From Eledone cirrhosa (Eukaryota), in the NCBI GenBank assembly GCA_964016885.1, contig OZ024753.1, positions 22,196,001-22,260,000 on the forward strand: a DNA stretch of 64,000 nt, written 5' to 3'. The notes under the pieces are model-generated. The model searched no databases. It was not told the origin of the DNA and was given only the letters and a program-made list of their open reading frames with translations. Numbering within the stretch: position 1 is the first letter of the stretch; every line of letters starts with the position of its first letter. Made by a program: the position numbers and the translations under genes. Shown one piece after another: positions 24,056 through 43,100 of the stretch.

Positions 24056-25186
24056 GGGCGGGGAATTGCGATTTTTGTTGCGTGTTTTGCTTTCTCACGA
24101 GGTTCAGCTAAAATGTTCATAGGCTGACCAAGATATTCTCATGGAATGACTAAATGAGGTCTATTCTTCCACATAGTCCCTGGAAAGAAACAATCTAGTT
24201 ATTAATAAGAAGAGTTGAAATTAATGCAAGCAAGATTTTACAGCTCTAGCATAACTCGTTCATAGTCAGCGTATGATCATTTCAGCCCGCCCAGGTACCT
24301 CAAACCCTGTCGTGGCCTTCTTGGGGGTAACATTATAGTTCATTCGGTTTAATACCATTTTCAGTTCCTTTAGCGAAGTTAGCTATGTTGCAAGTTTTGG
24401 ACTCAGGTTGGGAATATGAGGATACCCCCCCTCCCTCCACCATACATACTCTGCAGTTCTCGGATGGCCGAGAATAATCAGAACTGCATTCCCTCTCCCC
24501 TGACAAAACATTGAGACATAACCAGATTTTATGAAGTAAAATACACAGTAAAAATCAAGAAGATAGTGTTATGTTAACTAGCAAACCAATTAATAAACTA
24601 AGCTGTTTACATTTTAAATATGTATCCCTTATAATAGTTGTATCTCAGAGGAGATGAACTATCTGATAGAAACATCCAATATTGGCAGCTGGCCACACAC
24701 TGCACGGCTATATGTCTGTGTATCTGTCGTTCTGTTGGTATTTTCACTTATTCTAATATTTAACTATTTTAATCACCAGTCAGTGCCTTAGAAGCATGAT
24801 TGTATGAGGAAGAAATTCGAATCACAATCATGAAGTTTGATTCAACTATCTTAAATGTCTTTTACCGTGTCTCGAGTTGACCAAGCCATGTGTAGGAAGT
24901 TGGCTAGACAGAAGATACGTGGAAGCCTGTCAGATGGAATTTTCTTGTTATTCAAAAGTTCAGTTTTGTTAGATATTGTGTCACTGTGATTCTGTCGAGA
25001 ATTACAATAAGGTACACGTAGTTTTGGTACTTAGGTACACGCCTAATTAAAGGGTCTGGTGTCGTGTTGCCCGAATAAACGTTCCATGGTGAAATTCCTC
25101 CTCCAACTCACCCGCTGGGGGTATAATGAGGTACATACAATTGTAATATTTAGACACAGAAATTCGACACGTTTTTAATCCAAATT

Positions 25187-28100
25187 CCTAACGACTCTAA
25201 TAACATTAACGACACTAATAACACAAACGACGCTAATAACACTAACGACACTAATAACACTAACGACTCTAATAACACTAACGACTCTAATAACACTAAT
25301 AACACTAACGACATTAATAGCACTAACGACACTAATAACACTAACAACGCTAATGACACTAATAAAACTAACGACATTAATAACACTAATAAAACTAACG
25401 ACACTAATAACACTAATAACACTAATAACACTAACGACACTAATAACATTAACTACTCTAATAACAATAATAACATTAACTACTCTAATAACACTAATAA
25501 AACTAATAACACTAACGACACTAATAACACTAACGACACTAACGACACTAACGACACTAACGACACTAACAACACAAATAAAACTAATAACACTAACGAC
25601 ACTAATAACACTAACGAATCTAATAACACTAATAACACATACGACACTAATAACACTAACCACACTAATAACACTAACCACACTAGTAACACTTATAATA
25701 CTAACGACACTAATAAAACTAACGACACTCATAACACTAACGACTCTAATAACATTAACTACTCTAATAACACTAATAACACTAATTACACTAACGACAT
25801 TAATAGCACTAACGACACTAATAACACTAATAACGCTAATGACACTAATAAAACTAACGATATTAATAACACTAATAACACTAATAACACTAACGACACT
25901 AATAACATTAACTACTCTAATAACAATAACTACTCTAATAACAGTAATAACACTAATAACACTAACGACACTAATAACACTAATAACACTAATAACACTA
26001 ACGACACTAATAACATTAACTACTCTAATAACAATAATAACATTAACTACTCTAATAACACTAATAAAACTAATAACACTAACGACACTAATAACACTAA
26101 CGACACTAACGACACTAACAACACAAATAAAACTAATAACACTAACGACACTAATAACACTAACGAATCTAATAACACTAATAACACATACGACACTAAT
26201 AACACTAACCACACTAATAACACTAACCACACTAGTAACACTTATAATACTAACGACACTAATAAAACTAACGACACTCATAACACTAACGACTCTAATA
26301 ACATTAACTACTCTAATAACACTAATAACACTAATTACACTAACGACATTAATAGCACTAACGACACTAATAACACTAATAACGCTAATGACACTAATAA
26401 AACTAACGATATTAATAACACTAATAACACTAATAACACTAACGACACTAATAACATTAACTACTCTAATAACAATAACTACTCTAATAACAGTAATAAC
26501 ACTAATAACACTAACGACACTAATAACACTAACGACACTAATAATACCAATAACACTAATAACACTAATAACACTAACGACACTAATAACACTAACGACA
26601 CTAACGACACTAACAACACTAATAAAACTAATAACACTAACGACACTAATAACACTAACGACTCTAATAACACTAATAACACTAATAACACTAACGACAC
26701 TAATAACACTAGCGACACTAATAACACTAATAACGCTAATGACACTAATAAAACTAATGACACTAATAACACTAACGACACTAATAACACTAATAACACT
26801 AAAAACACTAACGACACTAATAACACTAACTACTCTAATAACACTAATAACACTAACGACATAAACAACACTAAAAACACTAATAACACTAACGACACTA
26901 ATAACACTAACGACATCAATAACACTAACGACACTAATAACACTAATAACACGAACGACACTAATAAAACTAACGACACTAATAACACTAATGACTCTAA
27001 TAACATTAATAACACTAACGCAACTAATAAAACTAACGAGACTAATAATACTAACGACACTAATAACACTAACGACACTAATAACACTAACAACACTAAT
27101 AACACTAATAACACTAACCACACTAATAACACTAACGACAATAATAACACTAACGGCAATAATAATAGTACCGACTCTAATGACACTAACGACGAAAATA
27201 ACAGTACCGACTCTAATAAAACTAACGATACTAATAACACTAACGACACTAATAATACTAATGACACTAATAACGCTAACGACACTAATAACCCTAATAA
27301 CACTAACGACACTAATAACACTAACGACACTAATAACTCTAACGACACTAATAACATTAATGACACTAATAACACTAACGACACTAATAACCCTAATACC
27401 ACTAACGACACTAGTACACTAACGTCACTAATAACACTAATATCACTAACGACAATAATAACACTAATAACACTAAGAACACTAATAACACTAATAACTC
27501 AAAAAATACTAACGACTCTAATAACACTAACGACGTTAATAACACTAACGACACTAATAACACCAAGGACACCAATAACATTAATAACACTAACGACACT
27601 AATAACACTAACAACACTAATAACACTAATAACGCTAATAACACTAATAACTCTAAATACACTAACGACACTAATAACACTAACGACATTAATAACACTA
27701 ACGACACTAATAACACTAACGAGACAAATAACACTAACGACACTAATAACACTAACGACAGCAATAACACTAATGACACTAACGACACTAATAACACTAA
27801 CGACACTAATAACACTACCAACACTAATAACACTAACGACACTAATAACACTAACGACACTAATAACACTAATAACACTAATATCATTAATAACACTAAT
27901 AACTCTAAAAACATTAACGACTCTAATAACACTAACGACATTAATAATACTAACGACACTAATAACACTAAAGACACCAATAACACTAATAACACTAACG
28001 ACACTAATAACACTAACGACACTAATAACATTAACCACTCTAATAACTCTAATAACACTAACGACACTAATAATACTAACGACACTAATAACACCAACGA

Positions 28101-31100
28101 CACTAATAACACTAACAACACTAATAACACTAATAACACTAATAACACTAACGACACTAATAACACTAACAACATTAATAACACTAATAACAATAACTTG
28201 ACTAATAACACTAACGACTCTAATAACATTAACGACACTAATAACACTAATAAAAAAAACGACACTAATAAAACTAACGACACTAATAACACTAATGACT
28301 CTAATAACATTAATAACACTAACGCCACGAATAACACTAACGACACTAATAATACTCACGACACTAATAACACTAACGATACTAATAACACTAACAACAC
28401 TAATAAAACTAATAACATTAACCACACTACTAACACTAACGACAATATTAACACTAACGACAATAATAACAGTACCGACTCTAATAACACTACCGACAAA
28501 AATAACAGTACCGACTCTAATAAGACTAACGATACTAATAACACTAACGACGCTAATAACACTAACGACAATAATAACACTAACGACTCTAATAACACTA
28601 ATGATACTAATAACGCTAACAACACTAATAACACTAACGACACTATTAACACTAACGACACTAAAAACAATAATAACTGTAACGACACTAGTAACACTAA
28701 CGACACTAATAACAATAATAACAGTAACGACACTAATACGCTAATGACACTAATAACACTAACGACACTAATTACCTTTAACGACACTCATAACACTAAT
28801 AACGCTAAAGACACTAACGGCACTAATAACACTAATAACACTAATAACACTAATGACACTAATAACACTAACGACACAAATAACACTAATAACACTTATA
28901 AACCTAACGACACTAATAACCGTATCGACACTAATGACTTTAATAACACTAATAACACTAACGACACTAATAACACTAATAACAGTAACGACACCAATAA
29001 AACTAATGACTTTATAACACTAATAACACTAACGACACTAATAACACTAATAACACTAACGACACTAATAACACTAATAACACTAACGACACTAAAAACA
29101 ATATTAAAAGTAACGAGACTAATAACACTAATAACACTAACGACATTAATAACACTAATGACTCTAATAACACTAATAACACTAATAACACTAACGACAC
29201 TAATACACTAACGACACTAATAACACTAACGACACTAATAACACTAATAACACTAATAACACTAACGACATTGATAACACTAACGACACTAATAACACTA
29301 ACGACACTAATAACACTAACGACGCAAATAACACTAATAATACTAACGACACTAATAACATTAACCACACTAATAACACTAATAACACTAACGACACTAA
29401 TAACACTAACGACACTAATAATACTAACGACATTAATAACACTAATGACACTAATAACACTAATAACACTAACCACACTAACGACATTATAACACTAATT
29501 ACACTAACGACACTAATAATACTAACGACACTAATAAAACTAACGACACTAATAACACTAACGACACTAATAACACTAACGACACTAATAAGACTAATCA
29601 CACTAATAACACTAACCACACTAATAACACTAATAACACTAACGACACTAATAACACTAATAACACTAACGACGCTAATAACACTTACGGCACTAATAAC
29701 ACTAACGAGACTAATACCAATAATAACAGTAACGACACTAATAACACTAATGCCTCTACTAACACTAATATCACTAACCACACTAACGACACTAAGAACA
29801 CTAATAACACTAACAACAATTATAACACTAACGACACAAATAACACTAATAACACTAATAACACTAATAACACTAATAACTCTAAAAACTCTAAAAACAC
29901 TAACGACTCTAATAACACTAACGGCATTAATAATACTAACGACACTAATAACACTAACGACACTAATAACACTAACGACACCAATAACTCTCATAACATT
30001 AACGACACTAATAACACTAACGACACTAATAACACTAATTACACTAATAACACTAACGATACTAATAACCCTAATACCACTAACGACAGTAATACACTAA
30101 CGTCACTAATAACACTAATATCACTAACGACAATAATAACACTAATAGCACTAAGAACACTAATAACACTAATAACTCTAAAAATACTAACGACTCTAAT
30201 AACACTAACGGCATTAATAACACTAACGACACTAGTAACACTAACGACACTAATAACAATAATAACAGTAACGACACTAATACGCTAATGACACTAATAA
30301 CACTAACGACACTAATTACCTTTAACGACACTCATAACACTAATAACGCTAAAGACACTAACGACACTAATAACACTAATAACACTAATAACACTAATGA
30401 CACTAATAACACTAACGACACAAATAACACTAATAACACTTATAAACCTAACGACACTAATGACTTTAATAACACTAATAACACTAACGACACTAATAAC
30501 ACTAATAACAGTAACGACACCAATAAGACTAATGACTTTATAACACTAATAACACTAACGACACTAATAACACTAATAACACTAACGACACTAATAACAC
30601 TAATAACACTAACGACACTAAAAACAATATTAACAGTAACGACACTAATAACACTAATAACACTAACGACACTAATAACACTAATGACTCTAATAACACT
30701 AATAACACTAATAACACTAACGACACTAATACACTAACGACACTAATAACACTAACGACACTAATAACACTAATAACACTAATAACACTAACGACATTGA
30801 TAACACTAACGACAGTAATAACACTAACGACACTAATAACACTAACGACGCAAATAATACTAATAACACTAACGACACTAATAACATTAACCACACTAAT
30901 AACACTAATAACACTAACGACACTAATAACACTAACGACACTAATAATACTAACGACATTAATAACACTAATAACATAAACCACACTAACGACATTATAA
31001 CACTAATTACACTAACGACACTAATAATACTAACGACACTAATAAAACTAACGACACTAATAACACTAACGACACTAATAACACTAACGACACTAATAAC

Positions 31101-34100
31101 ACTAATCACACTAATAACACTAACCACACTAATAACACTAATAACACTAACGACACTAATAACACTAATGACTCTAATAACACTAATAACACTAACCACA
31201 CTTATAACACTTACGGCACTAATAACACTAACGAGACTAATACCAATAATAACAGTAACGACACTAATAACACTAATGCCTCTACTAACACTAATATCAC
31301 TAACCACACTAACGACACTAAGAACACTAATAACACTAACAACAATTATAACACTAACGACACAAATAACACTAATAACACTAATAACACTAATAACTCT
31401 AAAAACTCTAAAAACACTAACGACTCTAATAACACTAACGGCATTAATAACACTAACGACACTAATAACACTAACGACACTAATAACATTAACGACACCA
31501 ATAACTCTCATAACATTAACGACACTAATAACACTAACGACACTAATAACACTAATTACACTAATAACACTAACGACACTAATAACCCTAATACCACTAA
31601 CGACACTAATACACTAAGCTCACTAATAACACTAATATCACTAACGACAATAATAACACTAATAGCACTAAGAACACTAATAACACTAATAACTCTAAAA
31701 ATACTAACGACTCTAATAACACTAACGGCATTAATAACACTAACGACACTAATAACACTAACGACACTAATAACACCAACGACACCAATAACACTAATAA
31801 CACTAACGACACTAATAACACTAACGACACTAATAACATTAACCACACTAACAACACTAATAACACTAACGACACTAATGACACTAACGACACTAATAAC
31901 ACTAATAACATTAATATCACTAATAACACTAATAACACTAACGCCACCAATAACACTAATAACACAAACGACACTAATAACACTAACGACACAAATAACA
32001 TTAACCACTCTAATAACTCAAATAACAGTAACGACACTAATAACACTAACGACACTAATAATACTAACGACACTATTAACACTAACGACACTAATAACAC
32101 TAACAACAGTAATAACACTAATAACACTAACTCCACTAATAACACTAACGACACAAATAAATCTAATGACTCTAATAACACTAATAACACTAACGACACT
32201 AATAACACTAACCACACTAACAATACTAATAACACGAAAGACACTAATGACACTAACCACACTAATAACACTAACGACACTAATAACACTAACGACTCTA
32301 ATAAAACTAACGACACTAATAACACTAACGACAGTAATAACACTAATAACACTAACGACACTAATAAAACTAACGACACTAATAACACTAATGACTCTAA
32401 TAATATTAATAACACTAACGCCACTAATAACACTAACAACACTAATAAAACTAATAACACTAACCACACTACTAACACTAACGACAATATTAACACTAAC
32501 GACAATAATAACAGTACCGACTCTAATAACACTACCGAAAAAAATAACAGTACCGACTCTAATAAGACTAACGATACTAATAACACTAACGACGCTAATA
32601 ACACTAACGACAATAATAACACTAACGACTCTAATAACACTAATGACACTAATAACGCTAACAACACTAATAACACTAACGACACTAATAACACTAACGA
32701 CACTAAAAACAATAATAACAGTAACGACACTAGTAACAATAACGACACTAATAACAATAATAACACTAACGACACTAATAACACTAATAACGGTAACCAC
32801 ACTAATAAAACTAACGACACTAATAACATTAAAGACACTAATAACATTAACGACACTGATAACACTAACGACACTAATTATATTAACGACACTCATAACA
32901 CTAATAACGCTAAAGACACTATCGACAGTTATAAAACTAATAACACTAATAACACTAATGACACTAATAACACTAACGACACAAATAACACAAATAACAC
33001 TTATAAACCTAACGACACTAATAACCGTATCGACACTAATGACTTTAATAACACTAATAACACTAACGACACTAATAACACTAATAACAGTAACGACACC
33101 AATAACACTAATGACTCTAATAACACTAACACTAACGACACTAATAACACTAATAACACTAACGACACTAATAACACTAACGACACTAATAATACTAACG
33201 ACATTAATAACACTAATGACACTAATAACACTAATAACACTAACCACACTAACGACATTATAACACTAATTACACTAACGACACTAATAATACTAACGAC
33301 ACTAATAAAACTAACGACACTAATAACACTAACGACACTAATAACACTAACGACACTAATAAGACTAATCACACTAATAACACTAATAACTCTAAAAACT
33401 CTAAAAACACTAACGACTCTAATAACACTAACGGCATTAATAACACTAACGACACTAATAACACTAACGACACTAATAACATTAACGACACCAATAACTC
33501 TCATAACATTAACGACACTAATAACACTAACGACACTAATAACACTAATTACACTAATAACACTAACGACACTAATAACCCTAATACCACTAACGACACT
33601 AATACACTAAGCTCACTAATAACACTAATATCACTAACGACAATAATAACACTAATAGCACTAAGAACACTAATAACACTAATAACTCTAAAAATACTAA
33701 CGACTCTAATAACACTAACGGCATTAATAACACTAACGACACTAATAACACTAACGACACTAATAACACCAACGACACCAATAACACTAATAACACTAAC
33801 GACACTAATAACACTAACGACACTAATAACATTAACCACACTAACAACACTAATAACACTAACGACACTAATAACACTAACGACACTAATAACACTAATA
33901 ACATTAATATCACTAATAACACTAATAACACTAACGCCACCAATAACACTAATAACACAAACGACACTAATAACACTAACGACACAAATAACATTAACCA
34001 CTCTAATAACTCAAATAACAGTAACGACACTAATAACACTAACGACACTAATAATACTAACGACACTATTAACACTAACGACACTAATAACACTAACAAC

Positions 34101-37100
34101 ACTAATAACACTAATAACACTAACTCCACTAATAAAACTAACGACACAAATAAATCTAATGACTCTAATAACACTAATAACACTAACGACACTAATAACA
34201 CTAACCACACTAACAATACTAATAACACGAAAGACACTAATGACACTAACCACACTAATAACACTAACGACACTAATAACACTAACGACTCTAATAAAAC
34301 TAACGACACTAATAACACTAACGACAGTAATAACACTAATAACACTAACGACACTAATAAAACTAACGACACTAATAACACTAATGACTCTAATAATATT
34401 AATAACACTAACGCCACTAATAACACTAACAACACTAATAAAACTAATAACACTAACCACACTACTAACACTAACGACAATATTAACACTAACGACAATA
34501 ATAACAGTACCGACTCTAATAACACTACCGAAAAAAATAACAGTACCGACTCTAATAAGACTAACGATACTAATAACATTAACGACGCTAATAACACTAA
34601 CGACAATAATAACACTAACGACTCTAATAACACTAATGACACTAATAACGCTAACAACACTAATAACACTAACGACACTAATAACACTAACGACACTAAA
34701 AACAATAATAACAGTAACGACACTAGTAACACTAACGACACTAATAACAATAATAACACTAACGACACTAATAACACTAATAACGCTAACCACACTAATA
34801 AAACTAACGACACTAATAACATTAAAGACACTAATAACATTAACGACACTGATAACACTAACGACACTAATTATATTAACGACACTCATAACACTAATAA
34901 CGCTAAAGACACTATCGACAGTTATAAAACTAATAACACTAATAACACTAATGACACTAATAACACTAACGACACAAATAACACAAATAACACTTATAAA
35001 CCTAACGACACTCATAACCGTATCGACACTAATGACTTTAATAACACTAATAACACTAACGACACTAATAACACTAATAACAGTAACGACACCAATAACA
35101 CTAATGATTCTAATAACACTAACATTAACGACACTAATAACACTAATAACACTAACGACACTAATAACATTAATAACACTAACGACACTAAAAACAATAT
35201 TAATGGTAACGACACTAATAACACTAATAACACTAATAACACTAACGACATTGATAACACTAACGACACTAATAACACTAACGACACTAATAACACTAAC
35301 GACGCAAATAACACTAATAACACTAACGACACTAATAACGCTAACGACACTAATAACATTAACCACATTAACCACACTAATAACACTAATAACACTAACG
35401 ACACTAATAACACTAACGACACTAATAATACTAACGACACTAATAACACTAATAACACTAATAACACTAATAACACTAATAACACTAACGTCACTAATAA
35501 CACTAATGACACTAATGACACTAATAACACTAATAACACTAATAACACTAACCACACTAACGACATTATAACACTAATTACACTAACGACACTAATAATA
35601 CTAACGACACTAATAAAACTAACGACACTAATGACACTAACGACACTAATAACACTAACAACATCAATAACAGTAATAACACTAATAACACTAACGACAC
35701 TAATAACACCAACAACACTAATAACACTAATAACACTAACTCCACTAATAACACTAACGACACAAATAAATCTAATGACTCTAATAACACTAATAACACT
35801 AACGACACTAATAACACTAACCACACTAACAATACTAATAACACGAAAGACACTAGTGACACTAACCACACTAATAACACTAACGACACTAATAACACTA
35901 ACGACACTAAAAACAATAATAGCAGTAACAGCACTAGTAACACAAACGACATTAATAACAATAATAACAGTAACGACACTAATACGCTAATGACACTAAT
36001 AACACTAATAACGCTAACCACACTAATAAAACTAATGACACTAATAACACTAATGACTCTAATAACACTAATAACACTAATATCACTAACGACACTAATA
36101 CACTAACGACACCAATAACACTAACGACACTAATAACACTAATAACACTAATAACACTAATAACACTAATAACACTAACGACATTGATAACATTAACGAC
36201 ACTAATAACACTAATAACACTAACGACACTAATAACGCTAACGACACTAATAACATTAACCACACTAATAACACTAATAACACTAACGACACTAATAACA
36301 CGAACGACACTAATAACACTAACGACACTAATAACACTAACGACACTAATAACACTAATAACACTAACGTCACTAATAACACTAATGACACTAACCACAC
36401 TAACGACATTATAACACTAATTACACTAACGACACTAATAATACTAACGACACTAATAAAACTAACGACAATAATAACACTAACGACACTAAGAACTCTA
36501 ACGACACCAATAACAGTAATAACACTAATAACACTAACGACACTAATAACACTAACGACACTAATAACACTAATCACACTAATAACACTAACCACACTAA
36601 TAACACTAATAACACTAACGACACTAATAACACTAACGACACTAATAACACTAATCACACTAATAACACTAACCACACTAATAACACTAATAACACTAAC
36701 GACACTAATAACACTAATGACTCTAATAACACTAATAACACTAACGACACTAATAACACTTACGGCACTAATAACACTAACGAGACTAATACCAATAATA
36801 ACAGTAACGACACTAATAACTCTAATGCCTCTACTAAAACTAATATCACTAACCACACTAACGACACTAAGAACACTAACAACACTAACAACAATTATAA
36901 CACTAACGACACAAATAACACTAATAACACTAATAATACTGATAACACTAATAACACTAATAACACTAATAACTCTAAAAACTCTAAAAACACTAACGAC
37001 TCTAATAACACTAACGGCATTAATAACACTAACGACACTAATAACACTATCGACACCAATAACTCTCATAAAATTAACGACACTAATAACACTAACGACA

Positions 37101-40100
37101 CTAATAACACTAATTACACTAATAACACTAACGACACTAATAACCCTAATACCACTAACGACACTAATAACACCAACGACACCAATAACACTAATAACAC
37201 TAACGACACTAATAACACTAACTACACTAATAACATTAACCACACTAACAACACTAATAACACTAACGACACTAATAACACTAACGACACTAATAACACT
37301 AATAACATTAATATCACTAATAACACTAATAACACTAACGCCACCAATAACACTAATAACACAAACGACACTAATAACACTAACGACACAAATAACATTA
37401 ACCACTCTAATAACTCAAATAACAGTAACGACACTAATAACACTAACGACACTAATAATACTAACGACACTAATAACACTAACGACACTAATAACACTAA
37501 CAACACTAATAACACTAATAACACTAACGACACTAATAACACTAACCACACTAACAATACTAATAACACGAAAGACACTAATGACACTAACCACACTAAT
37601 AACACTAACGACACTAATAACACTAACGACTCTTACAAAACTAACGACACTAATAACACTAACGACACTAATAACACTAATAACACTAACGACACTAATA
37701 AAACTAACGACACTAATAACACTAATGACTCTAATATTTTATTAATAACACTAACGCCACTAATAACACTAACAACACTAATAAAACTAATAACACTAAC
37801 CACACTACTAACACTAACGACGATATTAACACTAACGACAATAATAACAGTACCGACTCTAATAACACTACCGACAAAAATAATAGTACCGACTCTAATA
37901 AGACTAACGATACTAATAACACTAACGACGCTAATAACACTAACGACAATAATAACACTAACGACTCTAATAACACTAATGACACTAATAACGCTAACAA
38001 CACTAATAACACTAACGACACTAATAACACTAACGACACTAATAACAATAATAACACTAACGACACTAATAACACTAATAACGCTAACCACAATAATAAA
38101 ACTAACGACACTAATAACATTAACGACACTAATAACATTAACGACACTGATAACACTAACGACACTAATTATATTAACGAAACTCATAACACTAATAACG
38201 CTAAAGACACTATCGACACTAATAAAAGTAATAACACTAATAACACTAATGACACTAATAACACTAACGACACAAATAACACAAATAACAGTTATAAACC
38301 TAACGACACTAATAACCGTATCGACACTAATGACTTTAATAACACTAATAACACTAACGACACTAATAACACTCATAACAGTAACGACACCAATAACACT
38401 AATGACTCTAATAACACTAACACTAACGACACTAATAACACTAATAACACTAACGACACTAATAACATTAATAACACTAACGACACTAAAAACAATATTA
38501 ATGGTAACGACACTAATAACACTAATAACACTAACGACACTAATAACACTAATGACTCTAATAACACCAATAACACAAATAATACTAACGACACTAATAA
38601 CACTAACGACACTAATAACACTAATAACACTAATAACACTAACGACATTGATAACACTAACGACACTAATAACACTAACGACGCAAATAACACTAATAAC
38701 ACTAATAACACTAACGACACTAATAACGCTAACGACACTAATAACATTAACCACATTAACCACACTAATAACACTAATAACACTAACGACACTAATAACA
38801 CTAACGACACTAATAACACTAACGACACTAATGACACTAATGACACTAATGACACTAATAACACTAATAACACTAATAACACTAATAACACTAACGTCAC
38901 TAATAACACTAATGACACTAATGACACCAATAACACTAATAACACTAATAACATTAACCACACTAACGACATTATAACACTAATTACACTAACGACACTA
39001 ATAATACTAACGACACTAATAAAACTATCGACACTAATGACACTAACGACACTAATAACACTAATAACACTAACGACATTGATAACACTAACGACACTAA
39101 TAACACTAACGACACTAATAACACTAACGACGCAAATAACACTAATAACACTAACGACACTAATAACGCTAACGACACTAATAACATTAACCTCACTAAT
39201 AACACTAATAACACTAACGACACTAATAACACGAACGACACTAATAACACTAATCACACTAATAACACTAACCACACTAACGACATTATAACACTAATTA
39301 CACTAACGACACTAATAATACTAACGACACTAATAAAACTATCGACACTAATGACACTAACGACACTAATAACACTAACAACACCAATAACAGTAATAAC
39401 ACTAATAACACTAACGACACTAATAACACTAACCACACTAATAACACTAATAACACTAACGACACTAAAACAATAATAGCAGTAACGACACTAGTAACAC
39501 TAACGACATTAATAACAATAATAACAGTAACTAATACGCTAATGACACTAATAACACTAATAACGCAAACCACACTAATAAAACTAACGATACTAATAAC
39601 ATTAACGACACTAATAACATTAACAACACTAATAACACTAATAACAGTAACGACGCCAATAACACTAATGACTCTAATAACACTAATAACACTAACGACA
39701 CTAATAACACTAATAACACTAACGACACTAATAACACTAATAACACTAACGACACTAAAAACAATATTAACAGTAACGACACTAATAACACTAATAACAC
39801 TAACGACACTAATATACTAACGACACCAATAACACTAACGACACTAATAACACTAATAACACTAATAACACTAATAACACTAACGACATTGATAACACTA
39901 ACGACACTAATAACACTAACGACACTAATAACACTAACGACGCAAATAACACTAATAACACTAACGACACTAATAACGCTAACGACACTAATAACATTAA
40001 CCTCACTAATAACACTAATAACACTAACGACACTAATAACACGAACGACACTAATAACACTAACGACACTAATAACACTAACGACACTAATAACACTAAT

Positions 40101-43100
40101 AACACTAACGTCACTAATAACACTAATGACACTAACCACACTAACGACATTATAACACTAATTACACTAACGACACTAATAATACTAACGACACTAATAA
40201 AACTAACGACAATAATAACACTAACGACACTAATAACACTAACGACACCAATAACAGTAATAACACAAATAACACTAACGACACTAATAACACTAATGCC
40301 TCTACTAACACTAATATCACTAACCACACTAACGACATTAAGAACACTAATAACACTAACAACACTTATAACACTAACCACACAAATAACACTAATAACA
40401 CTAATAAACCGAACGACACTAAGAACAGTAACGACACTAATCACTTTAATAACACTAATAGAACTAACTACACTAATAACACTAATAACAGTAACGACAC
40501 TAATAACACTAACGACACTAATAACACTAATAACACTAATAACACTAATAACTCTAAAAACACTAACGACTCTAACAATACTAACGACATTAATAATACT
40601 AACGACACTAATAAGACTACCGACACTAATAACACTAACGACACCAATAACACTAATAACACTAACGACACTAATAACACTAATAACACTAATAACACTA
40701 ATAACACTAACGACACCAATAACTCTCATAACATTAACGACACTAATAACACTAACGACACTAATAACATTAACCACACTAATTACACTAATAACACTAA
40801 CGGCACTAATAACACTAATAACACTAATAACACTAACAACACTAATAACTCTAAAAACACTAATCACTCTAATAACACTAACGACATTAATAACACTAAC
40901 GACATTAATCACACTAACGACACTAATAACACTAACGAGACCAATAACACTAATAACACTAACGACACTAATAACATTAACGACACTAATAGCACTAATG
41001 GCACTTATAACACTAATAACACTAACGACACTAATAAAACTAATGACTGTAAAAACACTAATAACACTAACGACACTAATAACACTAACGGCACTAATAA
41101 CACTAACCACACTAACAATACTAACAACACTAAAGACACTAATAACACTAATAATACTAACGACACTAATAACACTAACAACACTAATAACACTAACGAC
41201 AATAATAACAATAACGACTCTAATAACTCTAACGACACTAATAACACTAATAACTCTAATAACACTAATAACACTAACGACACTAATAACACTAACGACA
41301 CTAATAACAATAATAACAGTAACGACACTAATAAACCTAACGACACTAATAATACTAACGACAATAATAACAATACCGACACTAATAACACTAACGACAC
41401 TAATAACACTATCGACACTAATAACACTAACAACACTAATAATAATAATAACAACAGTAACGACACTAATAAAACCAACGACACTAATAAAACTAACGAC
41501 ACTAATAAAACTAACGACACTAATAACACTAACAACACTAATAACACTAATAGCAATAACTTCACTAATAACACTAACGACACTAATAAAACTAATGACT
41601 CTAATAACACTAATAACACTAACAACACTAATAACACTAACGGCACTAATAACACTAACCACACTAATAACACTAACCACACTAACAATACTAATAACAC
41701 TAAAGACACTAATAACACTAACAACACTAATAAGACCAATAACACTAACCACACTAATAACACTAACGACACTAATAACACTAACGGCAATAATAACACA
41801 AACGACTTTAATAACCCTAATGACACTAATAACGCTAACAACACTAATAACACTAATAACACTAATAACACTAATAACACTAACGACACTAATAACACTA
41901 ACGACACTAATAATACTAACGAAACTAATAACACTAATGACTCTACTAAGACTAATAACACTAATCACACTAACGACACTAAGAACACTAATAACACTAA
42001 CGACACTAATAACACTGACGACACAAATAACACTAATAACACTAATAACACTAACGACACTAATAACACTAATAATAGTATCGAGACTAATAACACTAAT
42101 TACTCTAATAACACTAATAACAATAACGACACTAATAACACTAACGACACTAATAACACTAACGACACTAATAATACTAACGAAACTAATAACACTAATG
42201 ACTCTACTAACACTAATAACACTAACCACACTAACGACACGAAGAACACTAATAACACTAACGACACTAATAACAGTAACGAGACTAATAACACTAATTA
42301 CTCTAATAACACTAATAACAATAACGACACTAATAACACTAACGACACTAATAACACTAACGACACTAATAATACTAACGAAACTAATAACACTAATGAC
42401 TCTACTAACACTAATAACACTAACCACACTAACGACACGAAGAACACTAATAACACTAACGACACTAATAACACTAATGACAATAACGACACTAATAACA
42501 CTAACGACACTAATAACACTAACGACACTAATAACACTAATGACACTAATAACACTAATAACACTAACGACACTAATAACTCTAATAACACTAATAACAC
42601 TAACGACACTAATAACACTAACGACACTAATAATACTAACGACACTAATAAAACTAACGACACTAATAACACTAACAACACTAATAACACTAATAGCAAT
42701 AACTTCACTAATAACACTAACGACACTAATAAAACTAATGACTTTAATAACACTAATAACACTAACAACACTAATAACACTAACGGCACTAATAACACTA
42801 ACCACACTAATAACACTAACCACACTAACAATACTAATAACACTAAAGACACTAATAACACTAACGACACTTATAACACTAACGACTCTGATAACACTAA
42901 CGACACTAATAACACTAACGACACTAATAACACTAATAACACTAACGACACTAATAAAACCAACGACACTTATAACACTAACGACACTAATAACACTAAC
43001 GACACTAATAACACTAACGACAATAATAACACAAACGACTTTAATGACCCTAATGACACTAATAACGCTACCAACACTAATAACACTAATAACACTAATA